Part shown: positions 26,656-39,000 of the stretch, in pieces
How positions within the stretch are numbered: position 1 is the first letter of the stretch
Layout: every line of letters starts with the position of its first letter
DNA from: the human T2T-CHM13v2.0 reference genome, Homo sapiens
Reading direction: 5' to 3' (one strand)
NCBI RefSeq assembly: GCF_009914755.1
Contig: NC_060932.1
Length of the DNA stretch: 64,000 nucleotides
Notes under the pieces: model-generated
What the model saw: only the letters and a program-made list of their open reading frames with translations
Told to the model about the DNA's origin: nothing
Databases searched by the model: none
Translations under genes and position numbers: made by a program

Positions 26656-27413
26656 TCCAGTCTACAGCTCCCAGCATGAGCGACGCAGAAGACGGGTGAT
26701 TTCTGCATTTCCAACTGAGGTACCGGGTTCATCTCACTGGGGAGTGCCGGACAGTGGGTGCAGTGCACCATGCGTGAGCCGAAGCAGGGCGAGGCTGTAA
26801 ACTAGTTCAACCATTGTGGAAGTCAGTGTGGCGATTCCTCAGGGATCTAGAACTAGAAATACCATTTGACCCAGCCATCCCTTTACTGGGTATATACCCA
26901 AAGGAGTATAAATCATGCTGCTATAAAGACACATGCACACGTATGTTTATTGCAGCACTATTCACGATAGCAAAGACTTGGAACCAACCCAAATGTCCAA
27001 CAATGATAGACTGGATTAAGAAAATGTGGCACATATACACCATGGAATACTATGCAGCCATAAAAAATGATGAGTTCATGTCCTTTGTAGGGACATGGAT
27101 GAAGCTGGAAACCATCATTCTCAGCAAACTATCACAAGGACAAAAAACCAAACACCGCATGTTCTCACTCATATGTGGGAATTGAACAATGAGAACACAT
27201 GGACACAGGAAGGGGAACGTCACACACCGGGGACTGTTGTGGGGTGGGGGAAGAGGGGAGGGATAGCATTAGGAGATATACCTAATGCTAAATGATGAGT
27301 TAATGGGTGCAGCACCCCAGCATGGCACATGTATACATATGTAACAAACCTGCATGTTGTGCACATGTACCCTAAAACTTAAAGTACAATGATAATAAAA
27401 TTAAAAAAAAAAA
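26656..27413 (+). mobile_element. Internally deleted young L1 (L1PA3-like): ~140 bp of 5'UTR fused to ORF2 3' end, 3'UTR and polyA
   Basis: 26656-26795 is L1 5'UTR (TCCAGTCTACAGCTCCCAGC..GAAGCAGGGCGAGGC). From 26796 (TGTAAACTAGTTCAACC) it is the ORF2 C-terminus (ORF 26814-27185 WKSVWRFLRDLELEIPFDPAIPLLG..). The 3'UTR has CTAATGCTAAATGA and CCCTAAAACTT. Confidence 0.93.
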
Positions 27414-27666
27414 GAATAGGAGAGCCTCAAAATAGCCAGCAGATATTACTGGAAATCTTGGCAAGCCAATTTGAGAATAGGGGATGACACTGGGACAGTT
27501 TTGCTCAATCTAATATCTTGTGTGTACAAAGGGCATAAGTAAATACCTAAAAGAGCTGGAGCAGTCTAGCCACTGTGCACACTGGAAACTGACCAGCCAG
27601 GTGTGTCTTTTAGGATGGGGACTTACACCGAGGAGAAACTGGTGACAGTGGGATCAAAATGAAGCA

Positions 27667-27950
27667 GGTCAGGCATGGTGGGTGGTGCCTGTAATCCTGG
27701 CTAAGGAGGGAGAATTGCTTAAAGTGAGGAGTTTGAGACCAGCCTGAGAAGCATAGTAATACCCAGTCTCTAAAAAAATTAAAAGAAATAAAAATAGCCA
27801 GACATAGTGGCACATGCCTACAGTCCCATCTACCCAGGGGCTGAAGTGAGAGAATCTCTTGAGCCCAGGGTTTTGAGGCTGCAATGAGCTATGACTGCAC
27901 TACTGTAGACAACAGAGTAAGACCCCTTCTTTAAAAAATAAATAAATACA
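27667..27950 (+). mobile_element. AluJ-like (old, diverged)
   Basis: Dimeric Alu with AGGAGTTTGAGACCAGCCTG, TTGAGCCCAGG..GAGGCTGCAATGAGCTATGA and an A-rich tail. Confidence 0.85.
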
Positions 27951-27999
27951 ATTTTTTAAAAGTTAAGCAAGATATGGACCAAAAAAAAGACAAAGGAAA

Positions 28000-29480
28000 G
28001 AAATGGTCTTGATCTAGAAAATTAGCGAGAAATCTCAGAAATCAAGCTGTCATGCTTCTTGGCACAACATAAAAATAAGCAAACAAACAAAAGGAGAACA
28101 GGGAGTTCTATAAAGTTGCACAGCTATCTGAACCAAGGCTCCTTCTAACATTCTCAAAAAACTAAATTAACATGAAAATGAGCAGCAGGAATGTATTGAA
28201 GTCTATATCTTAGATAGTTACTCTAAGAGAAAAGATAAATAAGAAACAATAACATCCTTATAGTTCAGGTCTGCCCAATAGAACTTTTCCTGGTGATGGA
28301 AATATTCTATATCTGTGCCATCCAACATAGTGGCTCCTAGACACATGTGAACATGTGACTATCGACTAATGAGCCCAGGGAACCAAATTTTAACTTTATT
28401 AAATTCTAACTAATTAAAATGTAAATAGCTATGTGAGGCTAGTTGGTACTATATTGTATAGCACAACTATAGAAAAGAAAAGCATGCCAGAAAAAAAATT
28501 TCAAAAAGCAATCAAAACTGTAACATAATACTTCAAAATGACTTAAAGTCATTAAGAAAGTAATATAATATGACAGTAACATAAACCAAAATTAGAATAA
28601 TTGACTGAGGTAACACTCAAGAAATAATTAGAAATTAAGAAAATTATTTTAGAAGTGAAGACTTAAAAGAAAACGAGTAAATAACTACTTTGAAATAAAT
28701 AGAAGAAAAAAGGAGAAAAAAATTAAACATCAAAAACAAATGAAGAAAGAGATGAAAATGATGTGGGAAAAGAGAGAAATATTGAAGTAGTTAAGAAGAC
28801 CCAACATATGGATAATAGGAATACCTGAAGAAGAAAACCAGTATTGATAAGCACTAAAACAAATTCTCAAGAATATAATTCAAAAACAAATTTCTGAAAT
28901 AAAAAAGACTTGAAAATACATATTGAAAATGTACAATATACACTTGAAAATATAAACCCAGAATAACCAAAAGCAATAAATAAATATTCTTGTAAAAGAA
29001 CAGGAATTTAAGGAAAAAATTCTTTTGGAATCTAGACTAAAGAACATATGACTTACATAATAGATTGGATTATTAGTTTGTCATTAGAATTTTCAACAAC
29101 AGTTTATCCCAAAAGAAAACTGAATAGCCGATTTAAAACACTCAAGAAAAAAAGTGCACCAAATATTTTATATTCAGAAAAACTAACATTCAAATATACA
29201 GGAGACAGACAGCAAGTGATAACAGTTCAGTTTCTATTCTCCTCATGAGTACTTCTCAAGGAATCTACTACAGAACAAGCTTCAAACAACCAAGATCAGT
29301 AAAGACTGGTGAAAAACATTAAGTGACTTATAGCATGTAGCAACTTATAGAATTAAGTGAGGATTAAACGGGAGAAATTATAGTATGTAATGGCTATGTG
29401 ATCTAATAATATAAATCCAGTACAACTATTAAAAACTGTGGGGAGTACGGGACTAACATATATAAAACAAATAATAAACT
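28000..29480 (+). mobile_element. Old L1M/HAL1 ORF1-region relic
   Basis: A-rich sequence with CCAACATATGGATAATAGGAATACCTGAAGAAGAAAA and AATATTTTATATTCAGAAAAACTAACATTCAA, ORF1-like motifs (ILYSEKLTFKY in ORF 29048). Confidence 0.65.
28266..28470. mobile_element. MER3-like hAT MITE nested in L1M/HAL1
   Basis: CCAATAGAACTTTTCCTGGTGATGGAAATATTCTATATCTGTGC..CTAGACACATGTG. Confidence 0.75.
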
Positions 29481-29781
29481 GTTTTCAGTTTTTTAGGAAA
29501 AAAAAGAAAACTTTCATTAAGTTAACCTATCACAGCAAAATCTTCATTGTCATATGTTTTTGTGAACCAGCAATTAATGGCTTATTAACATAGTGCCTTT
29601 ATTAGAATTTTTCTATTGGCTCAATTTTTATTAAAAAATGAAATTTTATTTATATCTCCAACTGAGAGAATGAATTTCCTTAGCAAAATTTGAGTTAAAT
29701 CTGTATAGCACCTATTATGATAAATATTCTTTTTACCTCACACAGTTACTCTAGGGTCACTATAATACAACCAGATAGTAG

Positions 29782-29783
<2 letters not shown>

Positions 29784-29813
<30 letters not shown>
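29784..29813. repeat. (GT)n microsatellite
   Basis: Visible. Confidence 0.95.
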
Positions 29814-29816
<3 letters not shown>

Positions 29817-29985
29817 AAAGTTATATGTAGTATAACTCTATATATGGAAAGAAAGAGAGAAAGATACAGAAAGAGAGAGAGACAGAGAGTGAGTGTGTTT
29901 GCATATGTGTGTGTATGTTTTTATGTGGCCATATACCTGAGGAAAGATTGAAGTCTGTGCCCCTTTCAAGGCCCAGAAGCTGAAT

Positions 29986-29987
<2 letters not shown>

Positions 29988-30016
<29 letters not shown>

Positions 30017-30296
30017 GAGACCAAGTCTCGCTGTCACCCAGGTTGGAGTGCAGTGGCACGATCTTGGCTCACTGCAGGCTCCGCCCCCTGGGGTTCACAC
30101 CATTCTCCTGCCTCAGCCTCCCGAGTAGCTGGGAGTACAGGCGCCCGCCACCTCACCTGGCTAATTTTTTGTATTTTTAGTAGAGATGGGGTTTCACCGT
30201 GTTAGCCAGGATGGTCTCGATCTCCTGACCTCGTGATCCGCCCGCCTCGGCCTCCCAAAGTGCTGGGATTACAGGCGTGAGCCACCGCGCCCGGCC
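29988..30296 (-). mobile_element. AluY
   Basis: 29-T tail; CACCGTGTTAGCCAGGATGGTCTCGATCTCCTGACCTCGTGATCCG; many CpGs retained. TSD CTGAATC at 29980-29986 and 30297-30303. Confidence 0.95.
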
Positions 30297-31039
30297 CTGA
30301 ATCTTAACTAAAACAAATTATGCTAATTACATTCCTTTATTCCCTTTGTCAGTGATTAGTTTCCAGGTGGCATTCAGCACATGCATGGCCAATGAGACAT
30401 GTTGGAGAAGTCAGATGATTATGTTACTGGGAAAGTTCTCCTTGTTCCATGCAATTAACCAATTCTGGAACCATAAACCATGCTACCTCTAAATAGGGTG
30501 CTATGTGTGATAAATTTTTCTTATTTCTTTAAGCCAGTTTGATCAGGTTTCCCATTGTTTAAACAACGTATCCCTTCACAGAATAAGTCCAAAAAAGATG
30601 ATATAGACTCTCCCTGATATAATTTTGCATTTTGGTGACATTGCTTGAAATTAACATTGAAGAAATTGTCAAAAATGTAAGTTGCTAAACTGTCATTACA
30701 TTTACAGGTTTTATGAATGGGCCCAAACTGCGTTATTTATTCAAGGAAGTAGGTTTTATCCCAGAAGGCAGAAAGTTATATCAGAAAGAGCACTGGAAAG
30801 AAAGTAAGGATATCTAGGGTCCAGTCTTAAATAAAGCATTTGATGGCTATATAATTTGGGAAAGTCATTTAATGCCCTTGTACCTTAGATTCTTCATGAA
30901 TAAAATGAAGAAAATGGGATCATGAAATCCTTAAACTCCATCCCAGTTTCAATAACTTATAACCCTTCTATATCTCTACGGTACAGGTGTGTGCTCAGTA
31001 AACATTTATGTGGAAGCAACTGAATTGAGACAAGTATTT

Positions 31040-31571
31040 TTTAAATAAGCGTTTTATTTTAGAATTATTTATAATTTATAGAAAAATTAGAAATATACTA
31101 CAGACACTTCCTGTACCTACTTTCCCCTTCTATTAATATCTTAAATTAGTATAATACATTTGTCACAGTTAATGAGCCAATATTGATACAGGGTTATTAA
31201 CTAAAGTCTGTGCTTTATTCAGATTTACTTGGTTTTAACCTAATGTCCTTTCTCTGTTCTAGGATCCCATCCAGGATAGCATATTATATTTAATTATCAT
31301 ATCTCTTTAGGTTCCTCTTGGCTATGACAGTTTTTCACACTTTTTTGTTTCATGACCTTGACAGTTTTGAGATGTACTGGCCAAGTATTCTGTAGACTAT
31401 CTCTCAATTGAGATTTGCCAAAGTTGTTTTTATTATTAGACTAGGGTTATGAGTTTTGGGAAGGAAGACCACAGAGGTAAAGAGCTCTTCTCATCACATC
31501 ATCCCAAGGGTACATACCATCAACATGACTTACAACCGTTGATGTGGACCCTGATCACCTGGCTGAGGTAA
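31040..31571 (-). mobile_element. L1MC-like 3' end
   Basis: ACATTTGTCACAGTTAATGAGCCAATATTGATAC..TTCTGTTCTAGGATCCCATCCAGGATA..GGAAGACCACAGAGGTAAAG. Confidence 0.8.
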
Positions 31572-31949
31572 TGAGACTTGAACCTCTTTTTATTAAGGAA
31601 TTATTTTATGCCTTCTGTATATCACGTAATATGCTAGATGTTGAATAAGTAAAGATGATCCCTGTCTTCACTGAGTACTGCTAAATAAGGACATGTAGCC
31701 AAATAATTTTACATTTAAGCATGTATATATCTATGTTCATATCTATATCTAAAATAAGACTACCTAATTTAAATTGGTGGGTCCAAAAAAGCCTTTCTAG
31801 GAAATGTCATTCAAGTAGAAACACAAGTCAGAGTAAAAGGCCAAAGGGATTTGCAAAAAGCATTTAAGATAGAATTGCATATCAAGGCATCCTGCTGAGT
31901 TCATTGGGAAAGAGAGAGAGAAGCAGGGAACAACCTAAAGTGATGAAAT

Positions 31950-32452
31950 GAAGCAGGACAGCACCCAGGAGAGCCTTAATATTTCCTTGAACTTGATTAA
32001 ATTTTAGACAGATTTCTTCCTGACTATAGGCCCCTGATCTTCCTTTTCTTAGAATACTTACCTTAGAAAACTTATAATTAAAAATTTTGGGGAGACCCTT
32101 TGAAATGCAAATCTTCAACCACTCAGAAAAGTCCTTCTCAAGGATCTCAGAGCCATCCCTTTGAAATGCAATCATTGAAGGAGATAGTGCACCTATTTCC
32201 CAGTCTCTGTGAGAAGCTAGGAGCCTAAAACAAATAAGGACCATTACCAAGCAGGGATGGCCTAATCACATTAACCAACCTCCTCCCTAATGTCCTTCAG
32301 TACTTTTCCACTAGATTACTCCAGTGCTTAAAACTCTACCGCCTTTTGTTTCAACTGAGTTGAGTTCAATCTCTCTCCCCTATTGCAATAGCCTTGAATA
32401 AAAATCTCCTTGCCTATTTAACTGTTCTGGTGGACATTTTCTTTTATGAGAA
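31950..32452 (+). mobile_element. MER31-like ERV1 solo LTR inserted in an L2 relic
   Basis: TTCTTCCTGACTATAGGCCCCTGA..GAGTTGAGTTCAATCTCTCTCCCCTATTGCAATAG..AATAAA. L2-like sequence lies on both sides. Confidence 0.75.
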
Positions 32453-33019
32453 TTAGGCAGGGGTCAAACCATTCACTATTTCAAAGGACATGTTAAAAAC
32501 ATTGGATCTCAACATATAAATAATGACAGGAAGTCATTAAAGCATTTGGAGCAAGTGAGTGACACATGATTAGCCTATTAAGAAAAATCCCCATTGTTTT
32601 ACTTTGAACATTGTAATGTTCAAAGTAAATGTTCAAACGTAGTAGGCATAATAGCTAGTTTTAGACAAGGCTTCTGCCCAAGCAGACCTAGAAGAGGTGG
32701 AAAAAATGTTTTAAAAACCTATCTGAAGGCATCAGAGAGTTAGAAATCCCATGAGGACTTAAGGGTCAAACTCTCTAAAAGAAAAGAGAAGCCAACGTTG
32801 GCCATCACTTTTTTCTTGTAAACCATTTGAGTAATCTATATTGGTGACTGAGTGGCTGAGAAGTTGAGTGGAATTTTCAAAAGTCTCATGTGGTATGGTT
32901 GCCCCCAATACTTCTGTCCTTCTCTGTACACACATAAGTTGGTTATTGTCCCTCCTTTTGAATCTGCTCTATATCTGTAAGTGCTTTGAACAATGGAATG
33001 CAGAAGTAATATTCTATAT

Positions 33020-33400
33020 ATGAAAGAATGGTCACAGCTGCATTATTCATAGTAGTCCACAATTGATACAGCTCAAATGTTTATCAGCATTAAAACAGGA
33101 CAAATAAATTGTAATATATTCATAAAATAAAATATTAGAAACAATGAAAATAAACTACTACATGTAACACTATGTATGAATCAGACATAATGTTGAGTTA
33201 AGATAAGCAAATCTAATCTGTTAAGAGTCACTAGATAGCAGAGGTGGGAATGTCATGCCTGGAAGGTGTCTGGGGAGTACTTCTGTAATCCTAGTAATGT
33301 TCTATTTCTTTATCTGGGTGGTATTTATATGAGTGTGTTCACTTTGTAACAATTTATTGAGCAGCTTTCTATATATTGTAATCTAATTATGTTTATTCCA
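33020..33400 (+). mobile_element. L1ME-like 3' end
   Basis: GCATTATTCATAGTAG..AAATGTTTATCAGC..TGTTCTATTTCTTTATCTGGGTGGT..TTCACTTTGTAAC. Confidence 0.7.
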
Positions 33401-33678
33401 AAAATGGTTTCAGATTGAACCGAAATGTGACTCTTTCTTAGCTATGGCTAATGGTTTTTATCAATATGTTAGGGAGCAGGAAGAGAAATTGGAATCTTAT
33501 GAAAGACACAAGTTCTAACTATATGCTTCAGTATATATGCAATAAAAATTGGGTTTATCTTAAAACAGTCTATTGTGTGATCTAATTTGTGCCAATGTCA
33601 AAAATTGTGCTTCTGTTCTTTTTCCTGGTTTATTGGTCATTTTCTTTAACCTTTCTGAGTCCATATTACGAGAAGGTT

Positions 33679-33727
33679 TATGTATATGTATGTGTATATA
33701 CATATATATACACATATGTATACATAT

Positions 33728-33800
<73 letters not shown>

Positions 33801-33801
33801 C
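33679..33801. repeat. Compound (TA)/(CA)~24/(TA)n microsatellite
   Basis: Visible. It explains the HTHTHT and CVCVCV ORFs. Confidence 0.95.
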
Positions 33802-35530
33802 AGTTTTCTTTATGGTCAAACCTCAGCTCCCTTTCCTTATCACTTACTATTCTCACTCTATTTCAGTAAATGGATTGTCTTCATGGCCAAAATAGTTCAG
33901 GTGAAAATGCTCAATTGTGTTATCCTTCAGCACATTTGTTTTCTAATTTACATTTTTCCCACTGGGCTTATGTCTTCAAATGTCATGCTCTAAAATGATG
34001 ACTTTCAACCTGAGGCATGAAGCTTCTTCTTTTTCTCAAAAGAAACAACCTTTTCTGCCTATCAAACATAAATATCAGAGAGAAATGGAATTGTTTGTGA
34101 AGCTATTTCAACAGGTTCAGGGAGTTTCCTTCTCACCTATTCACTTAGAGCCATTAAACCTGACAGCTTCCAGCCTTCAAATGATTCCTGTGGCGCTAAA
34201 AGTCTGCATGTATTTCATGCCATCCAGCTAAGTTATAATGGCTATGCTTGGCTATTTCCTCTCCAGAGAGATCCTGTGTAGCCCCCTCTTAATGATAACT
34301 GGGTATTTTTCCGATATTTATTCTTTCACTGAGCTTCTGAACACATTTCTATATGATTTGTTGCCATTTCAAAAAAAAATTAGTGACATTCAGATTTTTA
34401 CTCTTGGTTTTATCATGCAGTAGATTTTTACTATACTGTGCTAAAGCATAAAGATACACAGCCAAAGGTCCACAACCACTGAACACCACTGATTTATTTA
34501 GAGATTATTTTTTAGGAAGAGCTACGCAAAGCATTAATATAACAGTTTGGAATCAACTTTTCAATCACATAGACACACAACCCTGTAGGAAGATAAAATA
34601 GCACATGAATTAATCCATGAAGAAATACAGAATTCTCAAACTAAATGACCTTAAAAATCCAACTTAAATCTGCCATTTTATAGCTGAGTCAACTGAAGAC
34701 TAGAATGCTAAATGGCTTCCTAAGTCCTTCCAGCTAGTAAGGACAGGTGAGACCAGCACTAAAAGCCAGGCATGCTACGTACACACAACATGCATGTTAT
34801 AAACAAACACTAAAACACAACAATAAAACCAGTTGTAAAACTTGGTTAATTCTCATTATCTAACCCACTTGACATCAGTCCATTCAATTTTTATCATAGA
34901 CTAATTTGACTGGTTTATTAGGCAACCTCAATTTTTCTCAACAGGTGATATTAACCACTCTGCCCTCAGCTTAGAATGAAAAACCAGAGTGACCTTCTCA
35001 GTAGTGGATTTCAGGAAGCAAGTGATCTTTATGAATATCTTTATTTCAACTTATTTTAAAAGGTTTGGAAATAACAGAGGCCAAATTATTCTGAATGGAA
35101 ATAAGATGGAAATTGGCCAAACTGGAAAAACTATAATATAACAAAGAAAGAAAAGGACAGTCAAATAGGAAAGGAAAGAAGAAAAAAAAACATAAAAGAA
35201 AAAACAAAAGGATTGTCAACGAATAGTTGTAAAATGAAAGAAAAGATAGAGAAGGGGAGAAAAACAAAATCCAAATTGGCCCACTGCAAAGAGATAAGGC
35301 AAATTAGTATATGAAATAGTTACACTGAGAATGGCAATGTCTTATTACAGATGTCTCTTTGAGGCCAACCCTGAAGCACAGGTACAATGTGATATATGAT
35401 CTACCGATATTAGATATACTAACTCTAGAATTACAGATAAACCTTACTACCATGGGAAATGAACGTAAAAATTAAGTTTTGCATATGTAAACATGCCACC
35501 CCAAGGAAACTTTTCTTCTCTTATTCAGCA

Positions 35531-35533
<3 letters not shown>

Positions 35534-35587
<54 letters not shown>
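35534..35587. repeat. (TC)n(CA)n microsatellite
   Basis: Visible. Confidence 0.95.
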
Positions 35588-36884
35588 CAGTAAAATCTAG
35601 TTTTATTTTAAATGAAATGTTACTTTTGTTTGACATTTTGACTACTCTGTGGGTCAACATGTCAACAAAACTATCTCCTTTTGAATGTTGAAATAATACT
35701 GAATAATGGGGAAAGTAAATAGTCACGTGAATAGCAAACATGTTTATAATTGAGACTGATATGTTAGCAGGGAATCCCACATGGATTGAAATGATTAGGC
35801 ACAGGAATGATGGTGAATACTTTCCAAATTTAATAATCCCAATACAGGTGTATTAATATTTAGAAGGCAATAAAACCTAGTATAAAGTTGAACAGGAGAA
35901 GAAAAGGATAATAGCATTCTTCAAGAATGAGTTGACTGACTAGACCTTTAATAATAAATTTCAGATGTGGCCGAGATTTCTGACTCGCAAAAAGAAATCA
36001 TTGGAAAAATAAAATATTCATTTAATGAATTATTTGCGTACACATTTCAAGAAACATTTTTGTGTGTTATTTTAATTTAATAAATGAACTGAGGCTATAA
36101 ACCCACTATTTGGTCATTATGCATGCAAACACAACAACTCTTTCCTTTCCCCCTTATAATCGAGGGAAACAAATTTGAATTAATCATATTCCATGGTTCA
36201 TAATTCACTATGATTATTTATCTGTGGAATTGTCTGCTTTTATTCATTCATTTATTCACTTACTTTTAATACAATAAGAAATACCCCCAAATCTATCAAT
36301 CAGCCAGAACTAAAATATTTGTGATAACTATTCACATACTCCTCTCTCATTTCCTTCTCTGCCTCTACCGAATGGCAACCTAAGGCAATTGCGTAGCATT
36401 TCTTGTTGTTCATAAATGTTTATAATTTTGTCACATAATATATGACTCAACTACATTTTCGCCTGAACTGTGAAGAACTATCCTGAAGAAAAGGATAGTT
36501 AACTAGACATCTCTCTTCAAGTAGGAACAGCAATAATAATGGCTACACAGCCACTTTGAAATCAGTCAAACCTATTCACTTCTTGTGCTTACAAGTTGAT
36601 GGGAAATTTTGTGTTAATTAGCTAATTTAATTTCAATAACTTAATTTAATAAATAATAATCAAATTTTGCTAGGCATGACGGAGAGTTCAAAGATGGATA
36701 AACTGTGTTAGGCACTAGGGAGAGTTCAAAGATGGATAAATGTGGTGCCTTCATCAAGACTACGATTATAATCTAGTTATTTTTTTATTCATGCCATAAA
36801 CATGTAGCTAAAGCTATTGGATATACAAATAAGTTGAATATACAGTACCCATCACAACCTTGCAGGATTGTATGATCTATGTTT

Positions 36885-37300
36885 GTAATCTGTTGTCTTC
36901 TGCGGCACACATGGGTTTTTCTTAAACTTGTTTCCCTTTTCTTAAGAACATATAACTAGAATATATTTCTATATGTCTCTGTAGTTACCTGCGGCCATGT
37001 GCCTAGATTCTGGTCAATGGATTGCGAGAGGAAATGATGCATGTCACTTCTGAGACCAGAAACCTCGGGAAAATTCTCTTAATCTTTACCTTTGTCTGCC
37101 AGTCAAGGACAATGAAACCCTAGGGGATGGTGGAAACCCAAATTGGAAGAAGTCTTCATCCCTGAATCACTTTACAGAGGTCTGCTGCTGAGCAGCCACA
37201 TTAAAGAGTTATTGACCAATAAATAAACTTCTGCAGCATTAAAACTCTTGGAATTATTTAGGGCTTATCTGTTACCATGGCTAGCTAGCATTTACCATGT
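36885..37300 (+). mobile_element. MLT1 (J/K/L-like) LTR relic
   Basis: GGCCATGTGCCTAGATTCTGGTCAATGG..GAAATGATGCATGTCACTTCTG..CCCTGAATCAC..ATAAACTTCT. Confidence 0.65.
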
Positions 37301-38829
37301 CTAAATTCCTCCTGCTCCGAAAAAATCCAAATCCAAAAATTGCCCTTTTCTTGGCATAATAAAAATTGTAATTATGTAAGCAGTGTGAACCTGCTGAGGT
37401 TGAAATTCTGGTTTTGTCATTTTCTTAATTTATTTATCCGACAGATATTTTATGCATAAACTCCTCTTGGTGCTTATGAAACAGCAGAAAAGCAAATGGA
37501 CAGACTCACTATTCTCATGAATTTTACTTTCTAGGGTGTAAAGACACATAATAAACGAGTAAGCATGTTAAAATAAAACATACTGATGATAAGTGTTAGA
37601 ATCATAGAGGTTAGAGGCTAAATGATAGTTTGAGAAGATACTTAAAATAAATAAAACACTTAGGACAATGAATTAAATATTTCAGAGAAATATAAAACAA
37701 CAGAATATTATTAAGACTATAAAATGTATTTCAATTATTTTTATTAAATGTAATTTCACTTAGAATGTGTCAGTGATTATAGCATCTTTTTCAGCGTAGA
37801 TGTAAAGGGAACAACAATATTTAACTCACAGTGGTAAAAGTTTTGGAAGGGTGAATTTCATGAGGTAAATATATACTATTTAGTAGGTACTAAAAGAATG
37901 ATAACTGATTATGTACAGAATTTTCTGAAGTATGCTATTCATAAATCTTAAAGTGTCAACACCAGAGAAAAAAGGAAATATCAAGTCAGCAATGGGAAAT
38001 AATTTCTAAATGGCTTGTATTAGTGTATTAATCAGAGTTCTCCAGAGAAATGGAACCAATAGAATATCTCCTTTAAAACAAATCTCTCTTCATCCATCTT
38101 CTCTCCATGTATATAGATATATCTGTATTAATATGAAGCATGTTTTATCACATACTGCAAAAAATACATAACATTATGTCTAGTGCAATTTTACACATAA
38201 TAATATTACAATATTAAATAGTCTACAATATTTGTCTCATATTTATTCAAGAGTTCAAAGAAGAGGAAAGTTTATTTCTCTTTCATGTAAAGGTCTGAAG
38301 ATAGGCAGGCCAGGTTGATAGGCCAGGAAGAGGTCCTCAGGGACCCAGGCTTTCCTTTTCTTATCACTGCTCTATCATCCCTAAGCAAGAGGGTGGAGAA
38401 ATGGACAGAGAAGAGGTGGAAGAAAGGATACTAAGCAGCTGATTCGTGTGAAAGGAAGATTGATGGCAGCTGCCACATACTTCAGCCTTCATCTCATTGG
38501 TACACGGCCACACTTAGCTGCAAAGCCCAGAGGTCTTGGGAGGTGGGGTGTGGGCACGCCAAATCTGAGAAGCTGTATGCCCAGTAAAAATTTCTTTTTT
38601 TTTTTAATGCTATGAAAAGAAGAGGAAATGAATATTTGGAGATACCTAAACTTTCCACAACATCATACTACTAGTTTCTCAATAACCTATAAATCAGGCA
38701 CTGAATTGTTATTCCTAATAAAGACACTGTGAGGAACGTATTATTGCCACTTGGAAAATAAGGAAATTAAAATGTAGATTATAAATTATTCTAAGATCAC
38801 CCAGCTAGAATGAGGGAGGTATCCACTAT

Positions 38830-39000
38830 TTGTCAGGTGAAACTTTTGATCCATGTTATCACTTACTAGCTGTGTGATCCTGAGTAAGTCCTTTAAGCTC
38901 TTTAAGCCTTAGCTCACTCATCTACAAAATAATATGAAAACTCCTACACAGAACTGCTGTTCTGAATATTAGAATAATGCCTTGTGTCTATTAGTACTCA
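38830..39000 (+). mobile_element. MIR relic
   Basis: CACTTACTAGCTGTGTGATCCTGAGTAAGTC..CTCATCTACAAAAT. Confidence 0.7.

Noticed and set aside
26715-26800. Spliced L1 retrocopy explanation for the mini-L1
   Set aside because: The canonical 5'UTR donor (GAG|GTACCG) is retained unspliced, and the junction lacks GT-AG boundaries.
26676-27185. Possible new fusion protein from a 5'UTR ATG into the intact 123-aa ORF2 C-terminus
   Set aside because: The in-frame ATG at 26676 hits TGA at 26697, and the ATG at 26770 is out of frame and stops quickly. The listed ORF starts at a TTG.
27414-27421. GAATAGGA after the mini-L1 polyA, resembling the missing L1 5' start (circular permutation idea)
   Set aside because: Only an 8-nt match that diverges immediately; consistent with chance.
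31882-32250. 122-aa minus-strand ORF (and the 125-aa ORF at 40464-40841)
   Set aside because: They lie within MER31-like LTR and L1MB/L2 relics, with no recognisable protein features or splice context.
33560-33993. His/Thr- and Cys/Val-repeat ORFs
   Set aside because: Translations of a (CA)n/(TA)n microsatellite.
36671-36744. Direct repeats with a spacer as a CRISPR-like array
   Set aside because: Only two units, in eukaryotic context inside an L2, with no cas genes.
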